This document shows, piece after piece, positions 39,096-53,865 of a stretch of 64,000 bases of DNA. Origin of the DNA: Eledone cirrhosa. Its lineage: Eukaryota. The notes beneath the pieces were generated by a model. That model did not search any database, had not been told where the DNA came from, and worked only from the letters and a program-made list of their open reading frames with translations. A program made the translations under genes and the position numbers. Each line of letters begins with the position of its first letter. Position 1 is the stretch's first letter. Location: contig OZ024741.1 of the NCBI GenBank assembly GCA_964016885.1, positions 338,892,001 through 338,956,000 of the forward strand, in the 5' to 3' direction.

Positions 39096-40233
39096 TGGGA
39101 GTTTGTGCAGTGGGGTGATAGTGGAGGGTGGTGCTGGGTGATAGCTCGAATGTTTTTTTCCAGTTCTTTTGCCAGATTCATTATGGCTAAAAAAAAGGAA
39201 GAAGTTTCCTGTTTAGAAGACTGTTGGTGACTGTGGTAGTGGTTATTTTTATGTAGGTTATGGTTTTTGTTTTTGCTTTTATTTTTAATTTTATTTTCAT
39301 TTGTCCGACGGGTCCCCGGGAGATGGGTAAAGGGACAATCCCGGTCTAAACACAATCTGTCTCGCAGGGAAAAACGGCAGATTTGTGGATTCCTTGTTTG
39401 AGTTATTGGTGGTTGTGTTGGTGTTAAATTAGAGTATGTATTATGGTGGTGGCTGTTTGTGGGGATAGATCGTTTTGTCCTAGGTAAATGGGTGAATTTG
39501 CAGCCACTATCCGTACATATTCTATAGCGTAGAGAGTAGCGGCAAATGATGGGGTTTCGAGTGGGTGGGTATGTGGGTGTGTGTGTTGTGAGAGGTGTAG
39601 ATGATGGTTTGGGTAGGATTTGACGACCTTTGTGGACTGTGGGAGGGAGAGTTCTTGTTCTGGTATTAGAAGGTAAATTCCTTGACATAGCAGTAGACAA
39701 AAATGTTGTAGTAGTAGTAGTAGTAGTAGGCAGAGATGGAGATGTTGGCAGTGGTGATGATTGGACTGCTGGGCCAGAGAAAGGATGTGGCGTTTCATGC
39801 TGTGAGACAGAGGCTACTGGGGGTCAATAGTTTCATTTAGTAGATCGGCCATTGTTGATGAATCAAGGAGTGGTTCACACTGTTGTTGTCGTTGTTGTTG
39901 TTGTTGTTGCTGTTGTTGTTGTAGCTGTTGTTGTTGTTGCTGTTGTAGCTGCTGTTGTTGTTGTTGCTGCTGCTGGACAGCATTCGAAGAGAAAACACAC
40001 CGTAGTTTATCCAAATGTTTATTGATTAATTTAAAAGCAATTTCGATTTGCTTTAATTTATTTTGAATCTGTTGTTCAGATCGAGTTTTCAAAAATTGAA
40101 CTGTACGTTTAGCAATGTCGTTCAGAGATGAAGCATGTATGTCTTCTGTTTGGGAAAGGCAATGCCATGTGTTTATTAGAATGTCGATTTCATTATCAGA
40201 CCAGTTCTGTTTGGATTTTTGCTGGTTAGCCAT
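39083..40233 (-). pseudogene. LINE ORF1 with one frameshift near 39815-39822 (Myb/SANT-like N-terminus, polyQ, Pro/Thr linker, two CCCH fingers)
   Basis: The frames 39814-40233 and 39083-39700 join if one base is added at the C-run (ATTGACCCCCAGTAG on minus). Motifs NWSDNEIDILINTW, CRYSLRYRICTDSGCKFTH and CRFSLRDRLCLDRDCPFTH. Confidence 0.75.
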
Positions 40234-40660
40234 TCTAGTTTTGAGTGTGTGTGTGTTTTAGTTAAGTATTTCAATATATATATATTTTTTTAAAATTTAT
40301 TTTTGATTTATTTTTGTTTTTTGTTTTTCTTGTGTGTGAGTGAGAAGAATATATATATAAATATGAGTATATATATATATATGTATATTCTGGTTATTTG
40401 AAATTAATTAAGTTAATGAAAAGACGAAAGTATATAATAATAATTTGTAGTTAAAGGAAAATGTACTCACAAGTTCGAAAACACGTGGTTTCAAATATAT
40501 AATAATATAGATGTATGTAAATGTATTAACCGGTCAATTTTTGTTTGTTTGGTTTTGTTTTGTGGTTTTGTTTTGTGGCTGTGTGACTTGCTGCTTACTC
40601 GGGGAGAGAAGTAAAAACACGTCCTTATACTTCAACTGCTATGTATATATATGATATATG

Positions 40661-40818
<158 letters not shown>

Positions 40819-40839
40819 CATACATATATATATACATAC

Positions 40840-40948
<109 letters not shown>

Positions 40949-40987
40949 CATACATATATATATACATATATATATATATATACATAC

Positions 40988-41621
<634 letters not shown>

Positions 41622-41741
41622 CTATATATATATATATATATCTATCTAAGGCGGGTAAAATTCCCGAGATCCATGGACGAGTTCTCTCCAGCGGTCTCTG
41701 TCCCTCATTATATGCATATATATATATATATATATACATGC

Positions 41742-43680
<1,939 letters not shown>

Positions 43681-46008
43681 TCATCATCATCATCATCATC
43701 ATCATTTAACGTCCATGTTCCACGCTTGCATGGGTTTATATATATATATATATCTTGCAAGCAGGGAAAAGCGGACGTAAAATGATGATGATGATGATGA
43801 TATATATATGTAGATATATGAAAAGATTTCAACAACTAGATCCGAACTAAAGTGCGAATACTGGTGCTTTAGTTTGGAGCTCAGTTAGCGGGGTCCTGAA
43901 TCTTTTCATATTACTCACTCTACTACCCCGAATATTGAGTACTCTGGTGGGTTATGATCTACCTAGCTTTTGCCACACTCTATCTGATATATATATATAT
44001 ATATGTATACACACACACACTTGCCCGAGTTTCCTCTCTCCAGTGAACCTCTTATGGGTCTGTGACACACAACAGTGTAAGAACAAAATGTTAACTGAAG
44101 AAATTTATACCTTTGCAAACAGAAATTTGAGTTTAGATTTGAATGAAGTAACTAACTGCTGGAACAAAAACTGATTATAACTGTGTTACCCATAATACCT
44201 CATTAATTTTATAAGCAGATTCAATCTAAAAGTAGTTATAAACCAACTGACTTCTTAATATATAAATGCTCTTATTATAGAATGTTTACTAATTGGTAGT
44301 TGTGGCTGTGATTGTGTTACCCCAATCAGCTAATTATGGTGTAACAAGCAAAAAGAACTCAATGTTTTAATATATCTTTCCACTTTTGATGTAGTATCAC
44401 ATGGGCAGTGCATGATACAGTAATAATAACAAATAAATACAAAAGCTAGAATTCCATAATTTCTTTTATTTTGTAATTAGCCGTACTACGTATTTCAGTG
44501 GTGTTATTGTTACACTATGATGCTATAATGCAATTCTTGACATGGCATCTTTCGACAGCTTCTTCTTAGGCAATACATTTATTCATGTAATTCATTTCTA
44601 AGACACTGCAACATATTGATATGGAGAAAGACCTGCTTTCAATGTTGTTATTTCAGAAGTCTGTCTCCTTATAAGTTCATAATTCACTTTATTTTCCACC
44701 ATGTTCAAGTTTGATTTTTATATATTTTTTATATTTCCTTATTATTTACCTCATTAATATATCATGTTTGAAGGAAAAGCTGCTCCCTATCCCCACACAT
44801 GCATACACACGCACACACAAACATACACACTCACACACACAGACATGTACACACCCACACACACACTGATAAGCAAATTGATCGGTTACCAATCAATCAG
44901 CCTTGCTTTGTCAATTGCCAATAATCTATAATGTAATTATTATATATTGCAATATGAAACTGCATATTGTAATTAACTAGAAATAATAGTTCATAACATT
45001 TAATAATTAATCCAAATTATGGAGCAACTATTTGAGAGCAGATGATGACAAAATTAGGCTTGTTTTGTCAGAGGAAGCAACATATACAAAGCCTGCAAGA
45101 AATTGGCTGTGCTCTGAAAATGAAGAAATTTTGATGGTTTTACATTATAATTTATGTGTTCTTTAAATGTGATCATTATATTTTTTTTTGTTTCAGTAAA
45201 TTAAAATAACAGGAATAATTAATACTGGAAAAATTTTGAATACCTTTAAATAAACAAATAATCAGAATCGTTATAAATTTATAATTAATTCTTTTTAAAA
45301 AATCAATTAAATTTATCCTCTAAAGTGGGTAGGAGGTTTTTTCATCTATGTAAAAATATTTTAATTTACAAAGAATTATGTCCCCTGGTCGGTGAATTGG
45401 CAGAGTCTTTAGAACATTGAATAGAATGCCTGATGGCATTCATTCCAGCTCTCTCTGCTTTCGGATTTAAAATCCCACCGAGGTCAACTTTACTTTTCAT
45501 TCTTTTGAGGTTGATAAAAAAAGTACCAGTCTAGTACTGGGGTCGATTCTTCCTCTATATCTCTTTCTAATTTCCTCTCTCTCACTTTCTATCTTTCTCT
45601 GGAAGAAATCTGCTGTACTCAGGCCTGGAGAGGGATGGGCTCTGCCAGGCTTAAAATGCCCCAGAAATTCTGTATATCAATATGTGCCCCTACGACTCTA
45701 TCAGGACAATACATATACACAGGAGTTACAGGACCATACATATATACATCCCCTGGTATGTCTTAAGTAATTTCCAGTTGTGAAGGTCAGTATATATGAG
45801 TGCTAGAAATATATATATTACACTGGTCAGCTTAAACTGGGAGTCCTGGGAAATAATTGGTTTCTTATTGAATCCAATGTGTTTTTTAAAAGTTTCTCTG
45901 CCACCCATGGTTTTCAAGCTTCAGCAAAAACCTACCTGTTAATAATAATAAAAATAATAATGATTAATTATCAAAATTAATTATCTGATGATTAAATCAG
46001 TTCAACAG

Positions 46009-46059
<51 letters not shown>

Positions 46060-46187
46060 TTAACTTTGGTAACTTTGATAGGTTTTGGCCAGAATACAAG
46101 AATACAAGAAACAAACAAATAAAAGGATACATTAATGTAAAGTCTTATTAGTTTCACACTTAAGAGAAAGAGAGTTAAACAGTCATC

Positions 46188-47030
46188 GGTCATGTTTCTC
46201 AATAAATAAGCTCAATGTACCTTGGTTCAGAGTATCAATAATTCAAATTTAAAAAAGAGACAGAATTGTATACCATTTGAGAAACACATGGTATTTTGTA
46301 CACATATATAACGCATATGATATTCAGGAAAATATATGTACTTTAAGGGGGGAAAAATAACTTCTTCCTTACAGTGCTGTTTCATAGTCCAATAAAAAAA
46401 CGAAGTGAACCATTGATTTAAGTAATCAACTACTGATTGTCGCACACTGTACAAAATACCTTTATATTTGTCGAGAGCAGAGAATTTGTTTAAGTCTCTA
46501 CTCCACATAGTGTCAAAAAAGGTTTAATGGTCAGGGCAGATATAAGTAGAACTGAACATTGTAAGGACTAAAAAGAGTTCAGAAGTGCCAGTCATAGTTG
46601 AAGCAACTCAACAAATTAATAAATTTGGAGTAGTTATATACTATGTCAAGGTATCAATACAAATTTAATATGTATGATGATCATGTCTCTCAATAATTAA
46701 GTTCAATGTACCTTGGTTTGGAGCATTAATAATTAAAATTTAAAAGATATATGTAGAGAGAGAAAAATCATATATCGTTTACGAAACACATAACATTTTG
46801 TAGACATAAAACAAATAATATTCAGAAAAATAATCACACATTAAGGTGCAAAAAGTTATTTCTTCCCTACAGCACTGTTTCATAGTTAAAAAACTGGAGT
46901 GAACCATCAATCTAAATAACCAATTATCGATTACCAACTATCGATTTTGGTAAAGTAACAAAAGACAAGGATCTAATTATCAGAGGAATTGTCTTAGTAT
47001 ATGTCCCACACTGTACAAAATATATATATA
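46188..47030 (+). repeat. Old diverged tandem duplication (period about 490 bp)
   Basis: CATGT(T/C)TCTCAATAA..CAATGTACCTTGGTT at 46191 and 46682. CACACTGTACAAAATA occurs in both copies. Confidence 0.75.
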
Positions 47031-47936
47031 ACATATATATACATGTATGTAAATATATATATAATATATACTTATCTATTTTTGGTTTGGACATGTGATG
47101 CGCATGGAGAATGACAGCTGAGTGAAGAAGTGCCAAGAAATCCCAGTAGAAGAAAGACCACAAAAAACATGGGCGGAGGTGGTGAGAGCAGATCTCAGAT
47201 CGCTGAAGCTCATGGAGGAGATGACAAGGGACCATGACGAATGGAGAGATGCCATGCTTAATAAGACCCATCCCACCCTTGCAAGCAAGGAAAAGTGGAC
47301 GTAAAATGATGATGATGATGATGATATACCTAACTATTTGTATATAATATATATAAAACACACACACACACACACATATATATATATTTATTTATATATA
47401 TATATATATTTATATATAGGTGTTGGTTAAAGTTCCTTTTAACTAAAGAGTGCTCAACTGGAAGGTGCCAATCTCATATAAATGTAGAATGTGCTACAAT
47501 CATTCCCTTGGGAGCTACACTTATATTTATATATATCATCATCATTTCATCATCATTTCATTTTACGTCCACTTTTCCCTGCTTGCAAGGGTGGTACGGG
47601 AACTGATTCTGGCTTGATTTCTACAGCTGGATGCCCTTCCTAACACCAACCTCATTTACAGTGAGTGCTGGGTGCTTTTTTGCCGTGGCACCTCCACGAC
47701 CACTTTGCAGTGGAATGATATGGATCCCAGTCCCTATCATCTCATTTCTACAGCTGAGTAAACTGGAGCAATGTGAAATAAAGTATCTTGCTCAAGGAAA
47801 CAACACATCACCCGGTCTGAGAATTGAACTCACAACCTTTAGATTGCAAGGCCAATGCTCTAACCACTAAGCCATGTGCCTCCATACTAAGCCATGTGCC
47901 TCCATGTATATATATATGTATGTGCCTCCATATATA

Positions 47937-47972
<36 letters not shown>

Positions 47973-49836
47973 TATATATATATGATAAGTGGTTAGAGCA
48001 TTGGCCTTGCAATCGAAAGGTTGTGAGTTCAATTCTCAGACCGGGTGATGTGTTGTTTCCTTGAGCAAGACACTTTATTTCACATTGCTCCAGTTTACTC
48101 AGCTGTAGAAATGAGATGATAGGGACTGGGGTCCATATCATTCCACTGCAAAGTTATCGTGGAGGTGCCACGGCAAAAAAGCACCCAGCCTACACTGTAA
48201 AATGAGGTTGGTGTTAGGAAGGGCATCCAGCTGTAGAAATCAAGCGAGAATCAGTTCCCGTATAAGCAAGACCAGGTCAGCCGACTGGACACTGCCCACA
48301 ACAGGACAACCCGTCTAACCCATGCTAGAGTGGAAGAGCGGACGTAAAACGGTGATGATGATGATGATATATATATATTATATATATATATGTGTGTGTG
48401 TGTGTGTAACCCAGTACAACCTGTGCATGGTTGGGTTATCGACGACTGGCAACCCCATCAAACTTGCTTGGTGAGGCGAGTAATTTTGGACACTCTGTGG
48501 GATGAAAAGCAAGACCCGTCAAAGGGTGGAGGAACTCAGGAGAGTCAACAGCCATCCGATAAAGATCTTTTTTTTTTTGGAGTGAGAGACTCCTAGTCTT
48601 CATTAAGACATCTCTCTAGGAGAAGGTCACTGATTTAAAACCTGCGACTTTGTTTGCATCCAATGATGTAGACCAGTTCTTCTGTTTGGGTAAATACATT
48701 CAATCAGAATCCTATGTAATGATAAGTGTAGGTATGCAATCATTGGGATATGTCACTGGTCATGTATTACCATCTAGTTGTGATGCCAGCAGACATATGA
48801 ATCTCTTTTCTTATTAAGTTCTAGCAGTAGATGTATCAGCCGTCTGATTGGTTGATTTTGTAGGCTTCAGGTAATGTTCCTATACTTAATTGTTGACAGA
48901 TTTACTGCTACATCTCAGCTTGTGGTCTATTACTTCTTCCATAATCTGTAGCTTTCGTTATCATCATATATCCTTGGCTGTTGGTCAGAGCAGCACTGGC
49001 ACCAGTAAGTCTAACGAAGAGGACGGGGTAGCTAAGGATTTGTGGCTTGCTTTGATGATGGCAGTATCAGTTTTGTCCAGTTGTGTTTTTTGAATGCTGC
49101 TTCCTATTACAGTCAGCATATCTAATGCTTCACACCTAGATTAATCATTTGGTATGTTGTCAGTGGAAAGGAGATGACCAAAAACTACATTTGGATTTTT
49201 TTTTATTTATCTTTCTTGGTTTCTTTTGCACAATCACAACCTTTGAAATTCAAACATGTGAAGGCTATTTTGAAAACCATAAATAAAATAAAATAAAATA
49301 AAAAAAAAAATAAAGTTAACATTGGCTTATGAATGAACTATTATGAAGCATTAACTTACTCATTTCTGTAATTCAGGAAAGTGTATTTAGATTTCATCCA
49401 CCTTTGCTTTTAAGGCCATAGGATCATGTTTGAGGGAGGTTTGTTTTCTATTTCTATTATATATACCAACAGCTATAGTGGCTCCAATGACATACATACA
49501 CACACATGTGTGCGTGTGTGTAAGACAGTTGGCTATGATTTAAAGGGGATTTTGCCATATTTCTAGTAGATCGAGGTAACACATACAACCTTTTCTTTTT
49601 GCTTCATACATATATACATACATGGGACAGTAGGATGGCATGTGAAGAAAATTTTGCTGCTATTTATAATGTGTCTAGCTAGCTACCACACAAAGATCTC
49701 ATTTATACTACTTTATATAACAGGAATGACTGCATATTCTTCCAAAGTAACACTATGCAGTAAAGTTGCGACTTCAAAATTTCTTACAAACTATATGATG
49801 AAGGAATTAGAATGTGTATTGTCATTGAATGAGGAA

Positions 49837-51130
49837 TTACGATATTGCTCTTTCCGAAGCTTCTGGATAAACAATATTCTTGCTTTTGCCCTGTGGTACT
49901 ATAATGAAGAAACAATCAGGGTTTTTGACGCTTGTAGTACCAACATAGAGCTGACTATATGAAAAGACAGGATCTGCAAGGTTCAACCCAATGACTTTCA
50001 ATGATTGCCCTTGAGTGATATTGGTGGTCAGGGCAAAACTGAGTCTGATAGGAAATTGAAGCCATTCAAATTCAAATGGAAAATCAGTTGGCATCAGAGG
50101 TATTCTAGGAATGAGACAATTGTCAACCAGCAACTTTTCCTGACATGATTGCGACTTCTAGGACATTGGGCATCATAATTTTGATGGTGAGTCTTGCACT
50201 ATTGCAAAGTTTGGAGGTTCCAGATTACAAAGTAGCATAACATGCTCCAAGCTTCAGCATCAGGTTGTGTGGAGAAATTCCTGCTTGTTCAAGACTGTGA
50301 AAAAATTCAGTTGGATAGTTTACAACCTGGTCTTGGGAAATGATTGTGTCAACTGGTTTGTTGTATTTTTTCTCTCCTGGTAACATGTCCAGCAGCCTTC
50401 TGTTGATTTTTTTCACAACATTTTTCAGTGACAAAATTGCTCTTTCATGGAGATTTTGGGGCCCACATTGTCTGATCTGAATGTTTGGAAACATTGCAAT
50501 CAGTTCTTGTTCTGTTTCAATGATATAGCCAAATGAGAACTGAATCTGGTCGTTGGAATCCTTTTGAAGAAGTTCATTTCCCAGTTTAAGTAGCTGGATG
50601 GCAAGCTCACTGACACCTTTGTCACCAGTCAAGTGCACTTGCATATTGGTCTTAAAATTGGTCCAGGTGTAGTATGTTGGAATGTCAGCATACAGGAGGG
50701 ATCGAGCAAATTCATCATACTGGCAGAGTTTTAACAAAGCAGTTAGAGTAGTGTCAGGTGGTGCTTGTGCCAACTGATGAGTAGCGACCTCAGTGAAATA
50801 CACTCTCTGTCCATTTTCTAGATGGACTGCGAGGTTGACAACTGTTGGGTGGCGTTGGTGGATATCATATTCAAAGATCCGCCAGATAGCTTCATTGCTG
50901 GAGATGTATCGACCTGTCTAATACTGTTTGACCTCAACCAGACCACCTTCATTCAGTTTTTTGTCAGTAATAAAGGTAGCCATGTTACTACTCTTGTTGA
51001 TATATATTGTAATATATAGTATTGCTTTGACAGAGCTGCAATACTCAACATTGATATGAGCTTTTAGGAGTTTACACATTTTGTTTTGTGGGACTACCCA
51101 TCTATGGTCAGCTCTAATTCAAATAACATT
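49837..51130 (-). mobile_element. Degenerate, internally deleted Helitron RepHel fragment
   Basis: PIF1-like C-terminus LIPRIPL..QFPIRLSFA..QGQSL..VFS..QLYV and NYPTEFFHSLE..GISPHNL.LK.G. Rep-side motifs HINVEYCSSVKAI and LAVHLENGQ. Stops and frameshifts present. Confidence 0.88.
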
Positions 51131-51168
51131 GGAAAAACATAATGCACACATTTATCCGACAATATCTA

Positions 51169-51336
51169 CCATATTTCCTGGCACCAAAGACGCTTCGTCC
51201 TTGAGGACGCACCCTAATTTTGACAACCAAAAATTTGAAAAAAAATAATAAACAACCTTCGGCCTCCAGGATGCATGGTAGATTGTTGAGACTTATTTTA
51301 GGAAAAAAGTAGTGTCTTCAACGAAGGGAAATACGG
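51169..51336. mobile_element. Tc2/pogo-like MITE
   Basis: TA-CCATATTTCC ... GGAAATACGG-TA termini. Confidence 0.55.
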
Positions 51337-51446
51337 TATATATAATCTTGATTTTTCCAGGGTTTATTTGCAATATATATATCGTCTGCTTACGTTGACT
51401 TTAGAGAGAGGAAAAGTTGAAGAACTCTGACACACACTCACACACA

Positions 51447-51504
<58 letters not shown>

Positions 51505-51505
<1 letters not shown>

Positions 51506-51810
51506 GTAAAAGGTAAACAGAAATAACAACACAATCGGTAGGTATATGGAAGGTATATATTAGGTTAATGCTTGATATAGCAGGAAGAGGGTCTTAACGT
51601 TTCGGACGCTAGTCCTTCATCAGAAGAAAGAATGAGAAATAAGATAGATTGAGGGGACGGGCGGGTTGGAATTGGAAAAAATGTCTTTAGATAAAAATAA
51701 CAGGTCCATTCATGTTGACATCTCTTGTAAAACTGTTGATGCTGGCGTTTTGTGTATGATTTATTTATTTAGAAAAGTGGATGATGGTGCGCATCTATCT
51801 GAAATGGAAA
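51505..51810 (-). mobile_element. PLE pLTR family copy (others at 21030-21415 +, 24001-24320 -, 52558-52780 -)
   Basis: The end TGTAAAAGGTAAACAGAAATAACAA abutting (TA)n and the hammerhead are shared by all four copies. Confidence 0.7.
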
Positions 51811-52453
51811 AAATCCGGTTATATATATGTCCTTAACTTAAGAACGGTGAAACACACACACACACACATATCTTTAACTTAAGAATGGTGATACACACAC
51901 GCAGACATACGTATACACACGCGCGCACACATACATATACTGTTCCATTACAACTTTTGTGAAAGTGCGGAGACAGAGAGAAGTAACGTTAGGGCAAAGA
52001 AAGTGAGTAAAAAATAAATAATAAAAATTATACCTCAGTTTCTTTACCTTCCTATCCCCAATTTATCAACCGCAGCTCAATCACGACGTTTTCTTTTCTT
52101 TCTTTTTATCCCCCAATCACCTCACTCTCTTGTCATGTCTCTCTTCTTTTTTCTCTTTTCATTTTTTCTCTTTCTCTCCCCATTCCCTCACTCTCTCTAT
52201 TCTTTCTTTCTCTTTCTCTCTCTCTGTCATCCTCACTCTCTCTTTCTCTACAGAACAGAGAAAGAAAACAAAAGAGATAACTTCTTTCGTCATTCATAAG
52301 AAAATAAGAAAAATTTAATTCAAATAAATTTGTTGCTTTGCAAAGCAAAAATTTAGTTGTATATGCAATTTTGTGGGTGGTCATTCTTTAGTTTCTGAGT
52401 TTTAGGCAGACACTCAGAATCGAAAACTTGCACATCTCTATCTCTCTCTCTCA

Positions 52454-52505
<52 letters not shown>

Positions 52506-52789
52506 CTCTCTCTCTCTATATATATATATGCAAGTTTTCGATATATATATATATATATGTAAAAGGTAAACAGAAATAACAACACAATCGGTAGAGTATA
52601 TGGAAGGTATATATTAGGTTAATGCTTGATATAGCAGGAAAGGGTCTTAACGTTTCGGACGCTAGTCCTTCATCAGAAGAAGCAATGAGAAATAAAATAG
52701 ATTGAGGGGACGGGCGGGATGGAATTGGAAACATGTCTTTAGATAAAAATAGCAGGTCCATTCATGTTGACATCTCTTGCATATATATA

Positions 52790-53138
52790 CAGTGTACCTC
52801 CGGCATTCGTGGAATATTCCTTAGAACCTAACTAATAATTGTTTGTGGAAACCACCGCATATTCGCGGATTCGTAAATATCTTCCGTGATTTTTTATGGC
52901 TTTTTCGTGGCAATATATATTTTTTAACGCTAAATTATTAATAACAATATACCGTATTTGCTGACCTATTGGATGCCCTCATCGCATAAGATGCTCCTTC
53001 TTTTTTTTTAAAATTATATTTTACGTTATATTTTGACGTTTATAGGCATTTTTATGGACCACGTCCAATGTTCGCGGTTTTTCACTCTTCTCGGGTGCTC
53101 TAGGAATGTAAGCCCCACGAATACCGGGGGACAACTGT
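52790..53138. mobile_element. Tc1/mariner-pogo MITE
   Basis: TIR CAGTGTACCTCCGGCATTCGTGG / CCACGAATACCGGGGGACAACTG with TA flanks. Confidence 0.75.
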
Positions 53139-53865
53139 ATATATATATATATATAGTAATAATAATAAATGTGAAGACTAAAATCCGGAGAGGGCTCGAT
53201 AAAGATAAATATATATCAAATATATTAAAACCATAGAGCAAATATCTATTAAAATAACAGATTAAAGTTTAGGTTAAGGGTGAAAGCAGCGATTCTTTGC
53301 TTAAACTTTAATCTGCTATTTTAATATATGTTTATATATATATATGGATTACTTTACTGGGATCTACCCCTAAGTGATTTGTATAAGATGTTCTATATGA
53401 TTAATTTTCTCGGAATTAGATTTATTTTCACAATCTTTTTTTCATTGAAATGTAGTATATATATTGCTGACAAATTTACTTTTGTATGTTATATAGGACA
53501 ACCTCACTAACGATGGTACTATAATAAAATGTATCCAGAGCACTAGGTAGAGTGTGGGACTGTATGTAAAAGATGACTGAGCTCCTACAAATCTGATAGG
53601 TCGTTGATATTTCGATTCTCGGACCGAGCTTTGCATTGTGTTCTTGAGCAAGACACTTTATTTCACGTTGCTCCAGTTCACTCAGCTGTAGAAATGAGTT
53701 GCGACGTCACTGGTGCCAAGCTGTATCGGCTTTAGCCTTTCCCTTGGACAATATCGGTGGCATGGAGAGGGGAGACTGTATGCATGGGCGACTACTGGTC
53801 TTCTACAAACAACCTTGCCCAGGGGAACTTTCTGTGTGCAAATCCCATGGTCATTCATGAGTGTA

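Larger units (their letters stand above)
35989..40625 (-). mobile_element. Near full-length CR1/Crack-like LINE inserted between two long (TA)n tracts
   Basis: 5'UTR, ORF1, APE-RT ORF2 and a short 3'UTR ending in a TTCAAAGTTA repeat. Flanked by TA arrays 35402-35988 and 40641-41201. Confidence 0.9.

Noticed and set aside
40235-40470. Possible intron in the LINE 5'UTR (GTGAGT donor, TAG just before the ORF1 ATG, minus strand)
   Set aside because: There is no polypyrimidine tract, and an efficiently spliced intron would be lost on retrotransposition.
49837-50803. Host PIF1 helicase gene
   Set aside because: Fragmented, intronless, joined to Helitron Rep motifs and with mutated helicase motifs; a Helitron remnant.
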